This document shows positions 23,401-36,987 of a DNA stretch of 64,000 nucleotides, one piece after another (position 1 is the first letter of the stretch; each line of letters opens with the position of its first letter). A model generated the notes under the pieces. It was not told the origin of the DNA, made no database searches, and saw only the letters and a program-made list of their open reading frames with translations. The position numbers and the translations under genes were made by a program. The stretch is from Cyanophora paradoxa CCMP329 (Eukaryota > Plantae > Glaucophyta), in the NCBI GenBank assembly GCA_004431415.1, contig QPMI01000117.1, positions 186,001-250,000 on the forward strand. Direction: 5' to 3'.

Positions 23401-26400
23401 CCGCCGCCCTCGCAGTCCGCGCCGCCCGCGCCGCGAAGGATCCTAGATTTTATCTTTATTTAACGATCCTGCCCTAATTTTCGATGTCGATGAAAACCCA
23501 ATTCATCGTTTAGTATCGGACAATCCGGAAACAGCCGCTCACGGCGCGCCCGCCCCGGCAGCCGCTGCACTGGAAGTCGCAGTCGCTGCGTGTCACCTTC
23601 CCCGAGCGCGTCCGCCTCCGCATCTCCGTCCAGCAGTTCAAGGCCATGCTGGTACATACACTGCTCGAACCCTCCTCCTGCCTGGACCCGCCGCCGCCGC
23701 CGCCGCTGACCGCCCGCCCGCCCTCTCTTTCTTTCTCTCGGCGCAGGCGCTCATCAAAAGCATCCAGATCGGGCAGAAGACGGCCCGCGTCTACGGCTTC
23801 AACTCCTGGATGCACGTCTTCAACATCATGCGCGACTTCAAGGTCCTTGTCGCCAATCTCCACATTCTTTCTTTCTTTCTCTAACATCGCGGGCCGGCAG
23901 GGCGACGCCGGCATGTACCAGGCGATCACCGTCGTCCTCGGCGAGGGCGCCGAGGTGCGCCGCTTTCTTTCTTCTAGGGCTCTGCTGCCCTTTCAGACCG
24001 GCCTCACCTCGCCCCTTCCTCTTCCTGCAGATTTGCATCTACAACGAGTCGGAGGACCAGCTGGGGGTCTTCGTGAGGCAGACGCGCGTGGACATCGTCT
24101 CGTATCAGCGGACGCAGCAGATCCGGCTGCCCGTCCAGGCCGCCCGCATCTACTGCTGGTCCCGCCTCCGCGGCGCCTGGGAGACCATGCTAGAGCACTT
24201 CGACGGTGCCTTTTCGAAGCGAGCCGCGCCTAGTCTGGCTGGCCCGCCCGGCTCACCCGCTTGTCCCCGATCGCTCGCAGGCCAGGTCAAGGTCGACATC
24301 GACGTCAAGTCAGCGGGCGGGGAGGACTCGGACCGCAAGTACCCCTCCACCCGCGTCTTCGTCGCCCCCTGCGAGGCCCACAAGCTGCCCCTCCGCGGTA
24401 CCCCGCCCGCGCCCGCTCGCCCGCCCGCCCCGGCCCGCCCGACCGACTGGCCGGGCGCGCAGCGGAGCACCTGGAGCCGTTCGGAGCGGGGGCGGGCAGC
24501 CCCTTCATCCACCCCGCGAACTACGTCCCGCCCTTCGCGTACCTCGAGGCGGCCGAGTTCGGGGGCGGCAAGGCCGCTCGCGAGGCCTTTCTCGCTAAGG
24601 TCCGCCCGGCCCCGCCCCGGACCTTCTCCCGGCCCCGCCAGTCGATGACCGGGGCCCGACGCCGCGGCAGATGGCGGCGCGTGCGCGGCGCGGGGCGCCG
24701 ACGCCGCAGGAGCTGGCGGCGCTCGCGCCCTCGGCTCGGCGGCGCTCCTCGGCGGGGAGCGCGGCGACGCTGCCGCGGGGTATGAGCGCCGGGACCGCCC
24801 CGCTCTCCCTCACCATGTCCGGCCGCTCCGGACGCTCCGACGACTACGCCGAGGAGGAGGAGGAGGAGGTGCGACCCCACCGGCGGCGCCGCCGCCGTCG
24901 TGCCGCGGCCGCCCAATTGGCGGGGGGCAGGTCGTGGCGGTCGAGACGGGCGAGGAGGCGCTGGCGGTGGGCACGCAGCAGCAGTACCACCAGGGCCGCC
25001 AGAGCCACCACAGCGACCAGAGCCACCAGAACCACCACCACCAGCAGCAGCAGCAGTACCGGGCGATCGAGCCGGCCTCGCCGCGCGCCCCCGCGGAGCC
25101 CGAGTTCCCGCCCGAAGACGGGCCTGGTGCGCGCCGCCCGCTCATCCTCCTCCTTCTTCTTCGTCCGGCCGCCCCAGCGCGGCCGGCCCAACTGACTGAC
25201 AAACGACTCCGGCGCCCGCCCGCCCGCCCGCCCGCCCGCAGCGCGCGTCTGCGTAAACGCAAACCTCCCGATGGGGCTCGTCCTAGCGGACCTCTCCTCG
25301 GACTGGCAGGCCTCCTCCCGGTCCGCACTCCGCGTTCCCTCCTCGTTCCCCTCTTGCTGTTGTTCTAGAACCCTTCTTGACGGCCGGCGGGGGCAGGGAG
25401 TGGGAGATCCTGCGGACGCCCTACCAGGTCCCGCCCTACTACGTCGTGCGGAACGAGACGCGGGAGACGATCCTCGCCTGCCTCCCCGCCGGCTGGAGCC
25501 AAACCCCCGTGCGCCCCTCCCTGTCCCTTGGAGAAGGCGGCGCCGGGCGACCGACTGCGGGGCGCGCAGTCGCAGTGGACGCAGCTGCTGCCGGGCTCGT
25601 CGATGTCGCTGCCGTTCGGGCAGACGCGGTACCGCCGCTTCGACCCGGCGCTCATGGGCCCCGACGGGCGCGAGGGCCCCGACCTCGCAGTCCTACTCCA
25701 GCTCAACGTGCGCGCCTCGCCGCCCTCCTCCTCCGGTCCAGCGAACGGCGCCGGCCGGCCGGTCCTGGCTGACTGACCGCCCGCCCGGCCGCGCCGCAGG
25801 GCGAGCTGGGCCGCCTCGGGGCGCGCACGCTCCCGATGTACAGGCCCGGTGCGCTGGCCCCGCCGTCCCCCCGCCTCTCCGGCTGGGCCCTCTGAGCGGC
25901 GAGCCCGGGGCGGGCGGGCGCGCAGGGACGTACGTTGCGCCCTTCTCTGAGATCGACACGGACCTCGTCGGAGTGGTGCGCGCCCCCTTCCCCCCTGCCC
26001 GCCCGGCCGCCTCACCCGCGCGGGAAGGTGACCGTGTCGGAGCCGAGCCCGGAGCGCCTCGTGACCGTGACGCTCGCCGTGCGCTCCTGCGTCACGCTCC
26101 GCAACGACCTCGAGTACCCCGTCGAGATCGAGGCGCGTACCCCCCTTCCCCGAAAGGGGCGGCCGGGCCTTGACGGCCGCGCCGGCAGGTGGCGGTGGAC
26201 AACGCGAACGCGCACCACAACGCGCCGCAGCGGTCGGCCGCGGTCCTGCAGCCCGGCGCGCACCTCTCCCTCCCCCTCGCCGCCGCCGCCCGCGGCTCGG
26301 GCGCCGCCCTCCTCCTCCGCCCCGCCGGCCCCTCGGCCGCCGCCGCCTACTGGGCGCTGGCCCGCGTGCCCCTCGAGCCCCTCCGCCAGCCGGCCGCGGC

Positions 26401-29400
26401 CGCCCAGGCCGTCACCTTCGAGGCGCGGGGCGGGATCCCGCCCTACGCGCCGCCCGGGCAGCGGCCGCGCACTCCCGCCCCGCCCGTCCGCGCCAAGACC
26501 CCGAGCGCCGCCAACCACACCGGCCACGGCCTCCTGCAGGCGCTCCTTCCCCTCCCCTTCCCCTCCCTCCCCTTCACGGCCCCCTCACGCCCCGCGCCGC
26601 GCCGCAGAGCATCCCGGGCACCGCCGCCATCCAAAGCATGGCGCGCAACTTCCAGCACGCGGTCGCCTCCGATTTCTCCAAGTATGCCCCAGGGAACCCC
26701 TAATCTACCTTCTCGCCGGGCTTAAAAAGGACCCATCGCAGGGCGATGGCGGCGCTGGGTATGGGCGAGCACGCCTCGTCGACCACGCCGGACGGCCTCT
26801 CGACGCAGCCGTCGGCCGCCGGCCACGGGGAGGGCCCCCCGAACCCGGCCCTCTGCGCCCCGCACCTCGGCCTCGTCCTCTGCCCGCAGCCGCCGGCCCC
26901 GCACCACGCCCTCCCCGGGCGCCCGCCCGTCTGCGGCCCGCCCCTCGTGCTCGCCCTGGCGCCCCCGGTCCTCCTGCGGAACCTCCTACCCCTGGACCTC
27001 GAGTTCGCGCTGGTCGGGCGCGACCAGGCGCTGCTGGGCCCGCCGGCGCGCCTCGCCGCCGGCGCCACGCACCCCGTCTCCGCCTGCGGACCCGTCGCCG
27101 CCATCCTGCGCGCCCTCGGCTCTTCCCCCTGGAGCGAGCCGCTGTGGCTCTCGGGCCCCGATGCGGGCCGGCAGGAGAGCTGCGTGGTGCCGACGGGCGG
27201 GGACGGGCCCGGGCACGCGGGGCCGTGCCTGGCGTCGGTGCTGCAGCGGCGCGAGGCGGGCCCCGGGCGGGAGCGCTGCCTCGAGGTCGTCCTCTGCGTC
27301 CCCTACTACTTCGTCAACGACACGGGCCTCGTCCTCAGGGTGCGCGCGCTTTTTAGGGCCGAGCCGGGGCGCAGGCCAGGCCACGCCAGGCCAGGGCGGG
27401 CCGCCCCCGAGCTTAGCGCCGTCGGCCGCCCCTGAGCTTAGCGCCGTCCGCCCCGCCCCGCAGGTGGCGGCAGCGGAGGCCGTCGAGTCGACGAAGGGGC
27501 GGCCCCGCGACGCCGACGTCCGCGAGGTCTGTACCCCCCTCCCCTCCCGGCTCCCGCCCGCCCGCCCTCACAAATAAGCGTCGCCCCGCAGGTGAACCCG
27601 GCGGTGGGGGCGGAGGAGGGCGCCGGGCCCGCCCCGGGCGCCATCCACTGCGGCGACCGCGTACGCCTCGGCCTCCTCGACGACGAGGTGCGATCGAAGC
27701 GGGGGGGGGGGGGGTAGAGAGAAAGAACGAAGCGGCACCTGATTTCCTCCCATTCAAACCCGCTCCCTTCGGCAGGGCGTGGGCCACTGGAGCGAGCCGC
27801 TCTCGCTGGACAAGAAGGTCAAGGCCGGCACGCTCCTCCTCCACACGTCCGCCCGCCCGCCCCCGCCCGCCTTTCCCCGCGCCCCCGGCCCGCCCCGCCC
27901 CGCTGAGCCCCTCGCAGGCCGGCGGGGACGTACTGCTTCGGGGTGACGATCGAGGACGGGCCGGGGCCCCTCCTCAAGTCCCTCACCAAGGCCCGCCCCT
28001 AGCGCCCCCTTTGCTTGCAAGCTCTCCAAGCTGAGCTCAAAGCTTCCTGCATGCAGGTGGTGACGCTGGTGCCGCGCTTCGTGCTGGTGAACCAGCTCAA
28101 GAGCCAGGCCGAGCTCGCCCTCGCAAACCGCGCCGCCAGCCCGGTCCGCCCCGCTCAGGATCGAGCTTAAGAGCTTGAGCTTGAGTTTTCTCGTGCGGGG
28201 CGGGGCGCAGGATCACGAGCCGTCGGCGGAGGAGCAGCTGCCGCCCCTCGTGCCCCAAGCCATCTACCCCGTCTACGAGACCCTGGTTCTTCTTCTTCTG
28301 TGCTTTCCGGGCTCGATGTGACGCGCGCTGATCCTGTTCTTCTTCTTCTTTCTCGGGGCAGCCCGGGGACGAGCTGCGGGTGCGCATCGGGGGGTACGAC
28401 TGGAGCGGACCGTTCCCCTTCGACCCGACGGGGGCCGACCGGGAGCACCCGACGGAGCCGACGCCGCCGCCGCGCGAGGGCGCCGCGGCGCTGCGGGCCG
28501 AGGTCCTCCGCAGCGGGTGCCACCTGCTCCAGCTCCGTCGCCTCGGCGGGGCGCGCTCCTCGTCGCTCGGCGCCCGCGGCCGCCGCGCCTCGCTCATGGC
28601 CGACCTCGACATCACCCGCCGGGTAGGCCGGGCGGCAGTGTCGGGCGGGAGGGGCTCGAGCGCTCGCTTAAGCGCGCCTGCAGATCGTGGAGCAGGAGAA
28701 GGGGTGGGCGCGGCCGCCGCGGGGCGTCGGCAGCCGGCAGGTCAGCAAGCGAGCCTCGGGCGGCGCCGCCGGCTTCTCCCCGGAGTCCCCGAGAACTCCC
28801 GCCACGCGGCAGCGGCGCGCCTCGATCACGCTCTCGCCCGGAATGGCGAAGGCCGCCGGCGTGGAGCCCGGCGGAGCTGGCGAGACGCCGCGGCCCGCCA
28901 ACTCGTTCGGCTACGGGGCGGGCGGGGACGTTCCCGTGCGCGTCGTGCGCGCCAACGTGCACGTGAAGAAGGCCACCGTCTTCATCACGCTCGTGGAGGA
29001 GGTCAGAAGAACAACAACGAATCCCGCCCGCCCGCCCGCTTCCGCCGCGCTCCGCTGAGCGACGCCTACGCTCCGCTTTGGTTCGCTTCGCTTGAGCGCA
29101 GGTGGAGCACCAGTGCACGCTGCAGCTGGAGAACAAGACGGCGGAGGTGACGGTCGGCGAGCGCCCCCGCAACGGCCTCTCCCTCCTCTACCGCCAGGTG
29201 CCCGCCCGCGCTCCCCTTTCCAAATTTTCTGAGCGTTTTCTTCTCTCGCTCGCGGCGCAGGCGCCGCCGGGCGGGGAGGGCGACGAGGAGGACGTCAACC
29301 CGACCTCGTGGGACGTGCTGGAGCCCAACAAGGTCCCTATAAGCTTTCTGCATATTCTAAGCGGTTTTATAGGTCCTTTTATGATAGATTTTAGGTCCTA

Positions 29401-30903
29401 AGAACAAGATCTTTTTCATAGATTCTAAGCGGTGCTTCTCACGGTGCTGCGCCCCCGCTGCGCCCCAGATCCTGCCGTTCGGGTGGGAGCGGCCGGGGGA
29501 GCACCCGCGGAGGCTGCAGCTCGCGCTGCGGGGCCGGGACGGGTCGGCCGCGAGCGGCGTCGTGACGCTCGACTGGAACGAGGTGCGACTTCGTGGGCCG
29601 TGCTCGCGCTTTCGAAGCGCGGAATCTGAGCGGCCGCCGCTGCGCCGCTTTCCGCGCAGACGCACGAGGGGACGGAGCTGCCGCGGCCGCGGGCCGAGCG
29701 GTCGCTGCTGGGGGCCGGTTCCTCCGCCCTCTTCTTCTCCCTCAAGTTCGACGCCAAGGGCTCCAAGGTCGCCGGCTTGCTATTGGGACCTAAAATTTAT
29801 TTAAAAGACCTATAAACCTGGCTTTAAGTATGCAAAAAGGGCTCCTAGGTCGCCCGCGCCTCCTCCGAAGTCCCCACCGCACTCGCCGTGGAGCCTGTCT
29901 GTCTGATCGCGTGGGCGGGGCCAGATCCTGCGCGTCTTCCGCGAGAAGCGCCGGCGGCCCGGCGGCGACGGTGCGCGATCCGTGTTTGTAGTGCAGCGCG
30001 CGCGGCGCCTCGGCTGAGCCGGCCCGGCCCGGCCTGGCGCAGACGAGGAGGAGGACGACCAGGGCTTCTTCTCGCGCCGCATGCGCCTCGAGGTCTTCGT
30101 CGACGTCGACGCGGTGCCCTCCGCCCGCCCGCCCACGGCCCTCCCTGTCGCACCACGCCGAGCCGCCGGGCAGGCCGCGCTCTCGGTGTCGGACCACGGG
30201 CCGGCGCTGGGGGGCCACCCGCGCCCCCGCGAGCTGCTGGTCGTCACCGTCGACGGCTTCCGCCTGGTCAACGACAAGTGGGCCCAGCGCCAGGTCCGTC
30301 CGCCCGCCCCGCCCGCCCCGCCCGCCCGTTCGCCCCGCTTGATTCGATGCGGGCGTTCCTGATTGCGGCGGGGCTCGGGGCGGCAGGAGACGAAGATGCA
30401 ACTGGCGCGGCTCCAGATCCACAACGCGGCCGGCGGCGGCGCGCACGCCCCCTGCCCCGTCCTCCTCGGCCCCGTCCTCCGCCGCTTCGAGAGCTGGGTG
30501 CCCTGCCCGCGCCCCTCGCCCCTCCCCGCCCCGCCCGCCCGCCCGCTCAGCGCTCGCTCGCTCGCGCAGCGCCCCTTCATCGAGATGGAGATCCTGCAGT
30601 ACAGCACGGCCTGTCGGCACTACCCGCCCCCGACCCTCGCCGCGTACGCCATCGGGGGCGACCGCGGCGAGATCAAGGCCCTCCGCTACCAGGTGCGATC
30701 GGGCGAGAGGCGAGGGGCCGGCCGTCTCTAGGTTTAGGAGGCGCTCGGCGTTCCAAGATCGGGGAATCTTTTTAGGATACTTCATCGCAATTTAAAAAGC
30801 GCGCTCGCTGACGACCTGGTTGAACGGCAGGACTCTCTCATGGACACGAAGGCGAGCACGCGCATCGTCGCTAACGTGCAGCCCCTCGAGGTCCGCCCCC
30901 CCC

Positions 30904-30944
<41 letters not shown>

Positions 30945-33665
30945 CCCTCTCTGGGGGACCTTTCGACGCGAGCTTGATCGGGGGGCGGCGGCGGCGGGGC
31001 GGCGGGAGCCCCTCTCTCCTATCTATGCACCCGCCTCTATCGGACCAGCCCTTTCCTATCGGGCCGGCCCTGTCTCTGTGTGAGCCCGGCTCGACCGCAG
31101 ATCGCGGTGGACGAGGGGACGCTCGCGGCGCTCGTCGTCGTCGCCAAGCGCACCATGGCCGACGCCAAGGCGCGCGCCTGCGAAAGAACGAAGTTAGCCT
31201 GAAGGCTGACTGGCCGCGCGGGGGCAGGCGGGGCGCCTGGGCTCCCGCCTCTTCAAGGCTGCGCCCGAGCACGACGTGCCGGGCTGGGCGGCCGGCCTCC
31301 GCGCCTCGAGCCTCTTCACGGGCGCCGTCTCCAAGCAGCGCCTCAAGCGCTCCTTCTTCGGCGACGTCAACCTGCCCAAGGTATATATTATTTTGTATGG
31401 ATCGAATCTGCGTTTTGTATGGATCGATCAAATCTGCGCCCCGGAAGGTGGAGGCGGAGCTCTCGGTGGTGCTGGAGCCGGCGACGGCGACGGACGGGGG
31501 CGCGGCGGGGTCCTCGGGCGGCGCGACGTCGCTCATCGCGTCGCTGACGAGCAAGGAGGAGGGGGAGGGCGGCGCGGGGGACGGCGGGGCCCTCTCCAAC
31601 CCGGCCTCGGCCCTCGTCCGCGCCCTCGCCCTCGTCCTCGGTCCGGGCCTGCCCGCCCCGCCCCGCCCCTCCGCCCTTGAGCGAGGGGCGCAGGGACGGT
31701 GAACCGGGCGCCGATCTCGCTCTCGGGGGCCACCATCGAGCCGGTCATCGGCCTCGGCGCCGCCTTCGTGCGTCCATCCGCCTCGAACCAGAGCGGCCCT
31801 CCTCTCACCTCTCACCTCGCACCTCGCACCTCGCACCTCGCACCTCGCACCTCGCGCCTCGCGCCGCAGAACGAGCGGGTGCTGGAGAAGTACAAGTGGC
31901 AGATCGCGCCGCAGGTGGCGGCCGTCGCCGGCTCGCTGGGCGCCCTCGGGCAGCCCCTCCCCGTCGCCCGCCAGATGGTCGGCGGCCTCTGGGACTTCGT
32001 CGCCGAGCCAGGTGCCCCCTCCTCCGCTGTTTGTATGTTTTGGAGGGAGCCGACGGCCGCGCCGCGCCGCAGCGGCGGGCTTCGCGGCGCTGTGCTCGCC
32101 GGAGCCGGGCCCCGGAGTGGGCGAGGGCATCGCCCGCGGCGTCACGAGCCTCGTGACGAACACCGCGTGCCTCCCCTTCGACTGGATCGCCCGCGTCACC
32201 CGCGTGCGCCCTGCCCTCGCCTCAGCTCGGCTTGGCTTCGCCTCTGCCTCTCATCTCAGCTTCGCCACAGGCGGTGGGCCGCGGGGCGGACCTCCTCTCG
32301 ATGGACGACGCGTACGCGGCCGTGCGCCGCCGCGAGGCCGCCCAGCGCCCCGACGACGTACCCCCCCCCCCCGCCCCGCCCGTTTTGGCCCTTCCGCCGC
32401 CTTATTTTTGGACAGGCGCTGCACGGGCTGCTGCTGGGCTCGCGCTCCGTCGCGTGCGGCCTGGCGCGGGCGCTCTACGGGCTCGTCGAGGTCCCGGTGC
32501 GGGAGGGCCAGCGCGGCGGCGTCGCGGGCTTTGGCGCCGGCCTCGCGGTTGGGTGCATCGGGCTGGGCACCAAGCCCGTCGCCGGCATCCTCGACGGCAT
32601 CTCCAAGATCTCCGGCGGGTGCGCAGTCTATCCGCCCCTTTGGATTCGATCCGAGGCGCCTCGGACCGACCGAGGCGCGGCGGCGGCGGCGGGCGCAGGC
32701 TGTACGCCACGGGCGAGTCGGTGATGGCGCGGGCGCACGGCCTGCGGGGCGCCGGCTCGGGCGGGCGCCTGCCGCGCGCCTTCGGGCCCGGGGTGCCCTC
32801 GTCGACTTCTCCCGCCCGCACGCCGCCCTCAACGTGGCGCTCTCCGGCGCCTTCCCCGCGGCGGCCCCCGCGCCGCCCTCGGCCGCCCCCGGGCCCGAGG
32901 ACGGGTACGCGTGGTCCTCGCCCTCGGCCCGGGCCGCCACGTTTGCGTCCGAGCGCGAGCGCTCCGGCGGCGCGCCCGAGGTCACTGTCCTGCGGGCGCG
33001 CACCATCCCGCCCATGCCTTCCCCCCTCTCATCCCCTTCTGAGGCTCCCGCAGGCGGCGTGGGTGGCGGGGGGTACGGCGGCGATTGTGCTGACGGAGCG
33101 GCGCCTCCTCAGCGTCGTCTGCCACGCGAAGCACTTGGACGGCGCGCCCCCGTCCATTTCCGATTTCCGCTTCAATTTCCGCCCCCCCGAGCCCGTCCCG
33201 CCGCTGAGACGCCGCCGCCCCGGGCCCCCGCAGACAACTGGGCGGTCCGGTACGGGCTGGTCACGTCGTCGCAGGTCGCCTGGCAGGTGCGAGCGGCCCC
33301 GGCCCGCCCCCCGGCGCCGGAGCCGGAGCCGGCGCCGAGCGGGGCGGGGCGGGGCGGCAGGTGCCGCTGGCGAGCGTCCTGGCGTGGCGGGCGGACGGGG
33401 ACCGCCTGCGCGTGCGCCACGTCGCCACTGAGGGCTCGGCCTCCCGCCGGCTCTTCGGCGGCTTCTCCGGCGCCGAGCAGACCACGTGCGCTCGCGCTCG
33501 CGCTCACGCTCACGCCTCCGCTTCCCCTCCGCGGCGGCTCACGGGCGCGGCAGCGTGCGAGAGACGGCGGTGGAGTGCGGTTCGCCGGCGGAGGCGGCGG
33601 AGGCGGCCGCCGCGATCGACTTTGTTCTCCGGCGCGAGTCCCTCTGGACCCTCTCGATCGCGTGA
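17941..33665 (+). CDS. VPS13: VPS13-family (chorein) bridge-like lipid transfer protein with many short introns
   Basis: Chorein_N-like start MPGLIEKFVNKLIVEQLAKWV...GYVKIENVELLPSAFEALNLPIIIKRGFVRKIHVKF. IVERIVDNLQVNLSFIHVAYED and GWWRYAI motifs. VAB/SHR-BD-like PYYFVNDTGLVL and TKVVTLVPRFVLVNQL. C-terminal GLARALYGLVEVPVREGQRGGVAGFGAGLAVGCIGLGTKPVAGILDGISKISGG. Stop TGA at 33663-33665. Confidence 0.9.
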
Positions 33666-33989
33666 ACAGCCAGCCGCCCTTCGGGTCCCTCTGGAGTCTG
33701 AGCTTCGGTAGTCTGGACTCTAGATCTGGACCCGCGCGCGTGCACGTGCCGCCCTCGCGTCTCGTGATCGCGAGTCTTGATCGCTTGCGCCGCCGAGGAG
33801 TTGTTTAGCTGCAGCCTGTAGTTAGCTTAGGTATTGTCAGCAGTATGGTGCCGGTAAAACGTATGTCAGCAGCAGTCAGCAGAATGTTTTTTGCGCTTGT
33901 TTAAAGAGCATTGTGACAATGTTACTTTGTTATCTTTTAATATTACGGGGCTCGCCGCACCGTAGTTCCTGACTCGCCGCTCAGCGGCT

Positions 33990-34960
33990 GCCGTCTTCCC
34001 AGCGCGCGGCTTCGCGTCTCTTCTGCCCCCCCTTCGAATTCTCATGATCAGTTGCCCCCACTTCATCCCCATCGTCGCCGTTCTCGCCCTCGGCTATCAC
34101 CCCCTATCCTATGGCTCCTTCAGCTATTCCGCCCGCCCCCCCGCCCCCCCTCGTCCTCCCGTTCCTGCATGGCCTCCTTTGATCCATGATAGTGTTGTAT
34201 CGATCCTCGATTCTAGTCAGTCGACTTCTAGTTCTAATTTTCCCTCATTTGCTTTGCCTTTGCCTCCCTTGAGGCCTGCGTCGATGCTTGTGAGACAGTC
34301 TGGTCATTTACATCGATATCTTCCTGTACCTCGCATGATCCGAGCTTTCCCTCAGGGCCTGTCCCTTTGATCTCATTCCCTTTATCGTTAGCTTTGCCTC
34401 TTCCTCCTCCATCTCTGTCTGTTACTCTTCGGGCAGTCCCGCCTCTTTATCTTCAGCGACCGTCTGATCGTTTAGTCTATGGTAGCGAGTATTTTGTGTA
34501 TGATTCCGTTCCTCGTGTATATCCTACCCTTGCTTCTACTTCGCTTTCTTTGCCGCCCCCGCGGTTCAGCCCCGTCATCTCTGTTCCCTGTCAATATATA
34601 CTGGCCTACGTTTTGCCCCTCCTCTTTTACCACCGCTGCCGAATCCGATTTTGACTCCCTCACCTCTGCTTTTAGCATCTGCGGTACCGCAAGTTAGTCT
34701 TCATCGATCAGCCGGCGCCGTCGCTTGTTTTGCCTCTTCCACTGTTCCACATGTACCGCCGGCGCCTCGATCTAGTTTACGTGCACAGCCATCCGCTTCC
34801 TCTCCTTCGTCCGTTGCTGTTGCTACTTCGTCTTTTGTCTCTGGCTATACGGTTCAACGGTTGCTAGTTCTAGTGCACCTGCTGTGTCCTTTAGCTCTAG
34901 TGCTACTTCTTCTCGTGCTCGTTCTCCTCGTCTCTTGCGTTCTCGTGATCCGATGATCCG
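33990..34960 (-). other. Strand-skewed, stop-riddled sequence; possibly a decayed retroelement or other coding relic
   Basis: Purine-rich minus strand and lower GC than the flanks, with short E/K/R-rich frames broken by stops. No recognisable domain. Confidence 0.25.
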
Positions 34961-35437
34961 ATGATCGTGTCCCTTGTCGTGATCCCTTGTCGTCATGAGT
35001 CATGACTCATGAGGCATGACTATCGCGAACAATGATGGTTGCAACCATAGAGACTCGAATTCGAATGGCACCAGGCACCGACGCAGTCGGACGCACCGTT
35101 GCCTGCTTGTCCGTTGGCACACGCGTGGGTCACGGTGGGTGACGCCGTGACGGACACTGACGCGGACCGGTGCACGTGCACCGTGGCACGTGCCACGGCC
35201 GCGGACCACGGTGCCACGGTGAGGCGGTGCAGGCGGCAGCCTCCGGCAGGCCTGCCCTGACGGTCCTCCGGCCTGCATCCTGCAGGCTGCAGCCTGCAGC
35301 CTGCAGCCTGGCAGCTCGACGGTCACTAGAATCTCATGCATGTAGACTCTTTGTAGAGTCATTGTAGAGTCATTGTAGACGTTGACGTCGACTCAGTGAC
35401 AGAGTCAGTCACTGTCAGTGTAGAGTTTGAAATATTT

Positions 35438-35910
35438 AGTACTAGCTAGTGGGCTGCATATTTATAGCACTATAGCTAAAAGTTTTGGGGCGATCTTCTA
35501 AATATTTTCCGCCTGCTAAAGCCGAGAATTTGGAGGGGTAGTCCCGTCTCCGCCATACAAAAGCCGGCCCTGTCAAGACTGACCTACCGACGGCTACTAC
35601 TAGTAATATAAAGTTTTACCAGCTGCTAAAGCGAGCTAGTGCCTTGCCTGTAATAGGCCCTGTACATGTATACGCCCCCACAGTGCTGGAGTAGACTTGA
35701 GGCCGGGCTGTTGCCGGTACTACGGTAATTCACCAAAAACAAAATTAGTACAGGAAAATAATTAGTACTTCGCCAAAAACGCCACTAGGCAGTGGCCGCA
35801 GTGCTAACTTAGTAAAGTGGCAGTTTTGGCGATTTTCCTGTACTAAATAAAAGTGCTAACTAATTATTTTCCTGTACTAAATTAACTAGTTCTACAGTAC
35901 TAGCTAGTGA
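35438..35910. mobile_element. AT-rich foldback/MITE-like relic
   Basis: Flanked by the direct repeat AGTACTAGCTAGTG (~35438 and ~35897). Internal inverted repeats AATTAGTACAGGAAAATAATTAGT (~35743) / ACTAATTATTTTCCTGTACTAAATT (~35859) and TCGCCAAAAACGCCACT / AGTGGCAGTTTTGGCGA. Confidence 0.45.
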
Positions 35911-36398
35911 TGAGAACTGACTCACTGAGTCAGTAACTGACTAGTCTAGTCCTACTGACGGACCACTCACGTGCATGGGTCACCAAGTGACGAGAGGCTC
36001 GTCGAGAGCGAGAGGTCCGTACGTCGGGGACGGTCGGACTCGCCGAGTCGACGTCGACGTCGACGGATCCCCCGGAGTCGACGTCGACGCCGACTCGACG
36101 GTCGACGGCCCGGCCGGCGGCCGCTACGCGTAGGTCGACTCCGGCCGCGGATCCGGAGTCCGGAATCCGGAATCCGGATCCGGATCCCGCCGGCGCCGCC
36201 GCGGCCGCCCGTTACGCGGCCAGTACAATGTACATGTACATATGTACATCACAGTACATGTACATGTGCTGCGGATGATGTGCACGTGATTCGACTGGCA
36301 TTGTCCGATCTTGTAGAGCCGGGGTACAGATTTGTTCACGCGAAACGGCCGACCTCGCGATCGCGCGCGCGATCGATCGATCTGTACTGTTGTACAGT

Positions 36399-36654
36399 AC
36401 TGTAAAACATGCAATATCCAGCGTCACTTTATTTCGGCAAAACCCGAAAAATGCGCCGAAATTGTGGTTGGTCGGCATCATATTTCCGGCAAAACAGCCA
36501 GTCCGCCTAGGCGGCGGGTACATTGATCCCTCTTTTGCCATACATCTGCACAATTCTGGCAGTTTCAAATATTCGGCGCCGTGAGCCTATATGCCGATTC
36601 ATTGCCGAATAGCGCCGAATATTAAGTGCTGCCGGAGATTTCACGTTTTACAGT
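36399..36654. mobile_element. MITE with ~40-bp imperfect TIRs (ACTGTAAAAC...GTTTTACAGT)
   Basis: Left end ACTGTAAAACATGCAATATCCAGCGTCACTTTATTTCGGC; reverse complement of right end ACTGTAAAACGTGAAATCTCCGGCAGCACTTAATATTCGGC. Internal GCCGAA/TTCGGC subrepeats. Confidence 0.75.
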
Positions 36655-36732
36655 TCTACCGGTAGTGTACCGTAGTACGGTACAGACTGTACAGGTCCGA
36701 CGGTCCGACGCCGGACCGACGGTAGTATACTA

Positions 36733-36987
36733 CCGTGTAACACTTAAGTAATGCGCGCACTTAAGTAATGCGGTCCCTAATTAATGCGTTTTTTGCTGGC
36801 AAAACGCATTAATTTGGGACCGCATTAAAATCGAAGCGCTAAAAAGTGCTGTATGTACCCCCCTACTGCAGCCAAAAGGCTTCAAAACGCATTAATTTGG
36901 TGCCGCATTATTATCGATACGAGGGGTCCGGCCCGTCCGGGTCCAAAAACGCATTAATTTCTGGCGCATTAATTAAGTGTTACACGG
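36733..36987. mobile_element. Tc1/mariner/pogo-like MITE with TA target duplication
   Basis: TA|CCGTGTAACACTTAAGTAATGCGC ... GCGCATTAATTAAGTGTTACACGG|TA (one mismatch). Internal AAAACGCATTAATTT repeats. Confidence 0.9.

Noticed and set aside
30896-30943. Long poly-C/poly-G runs (also ~45322-45352, ~51585-51607, ~55521-55559) as functional G-quadruplex elements
   Set aside because: They are common in introns here and homopolymer lengths are unreliable. There is no specific evidence of function.
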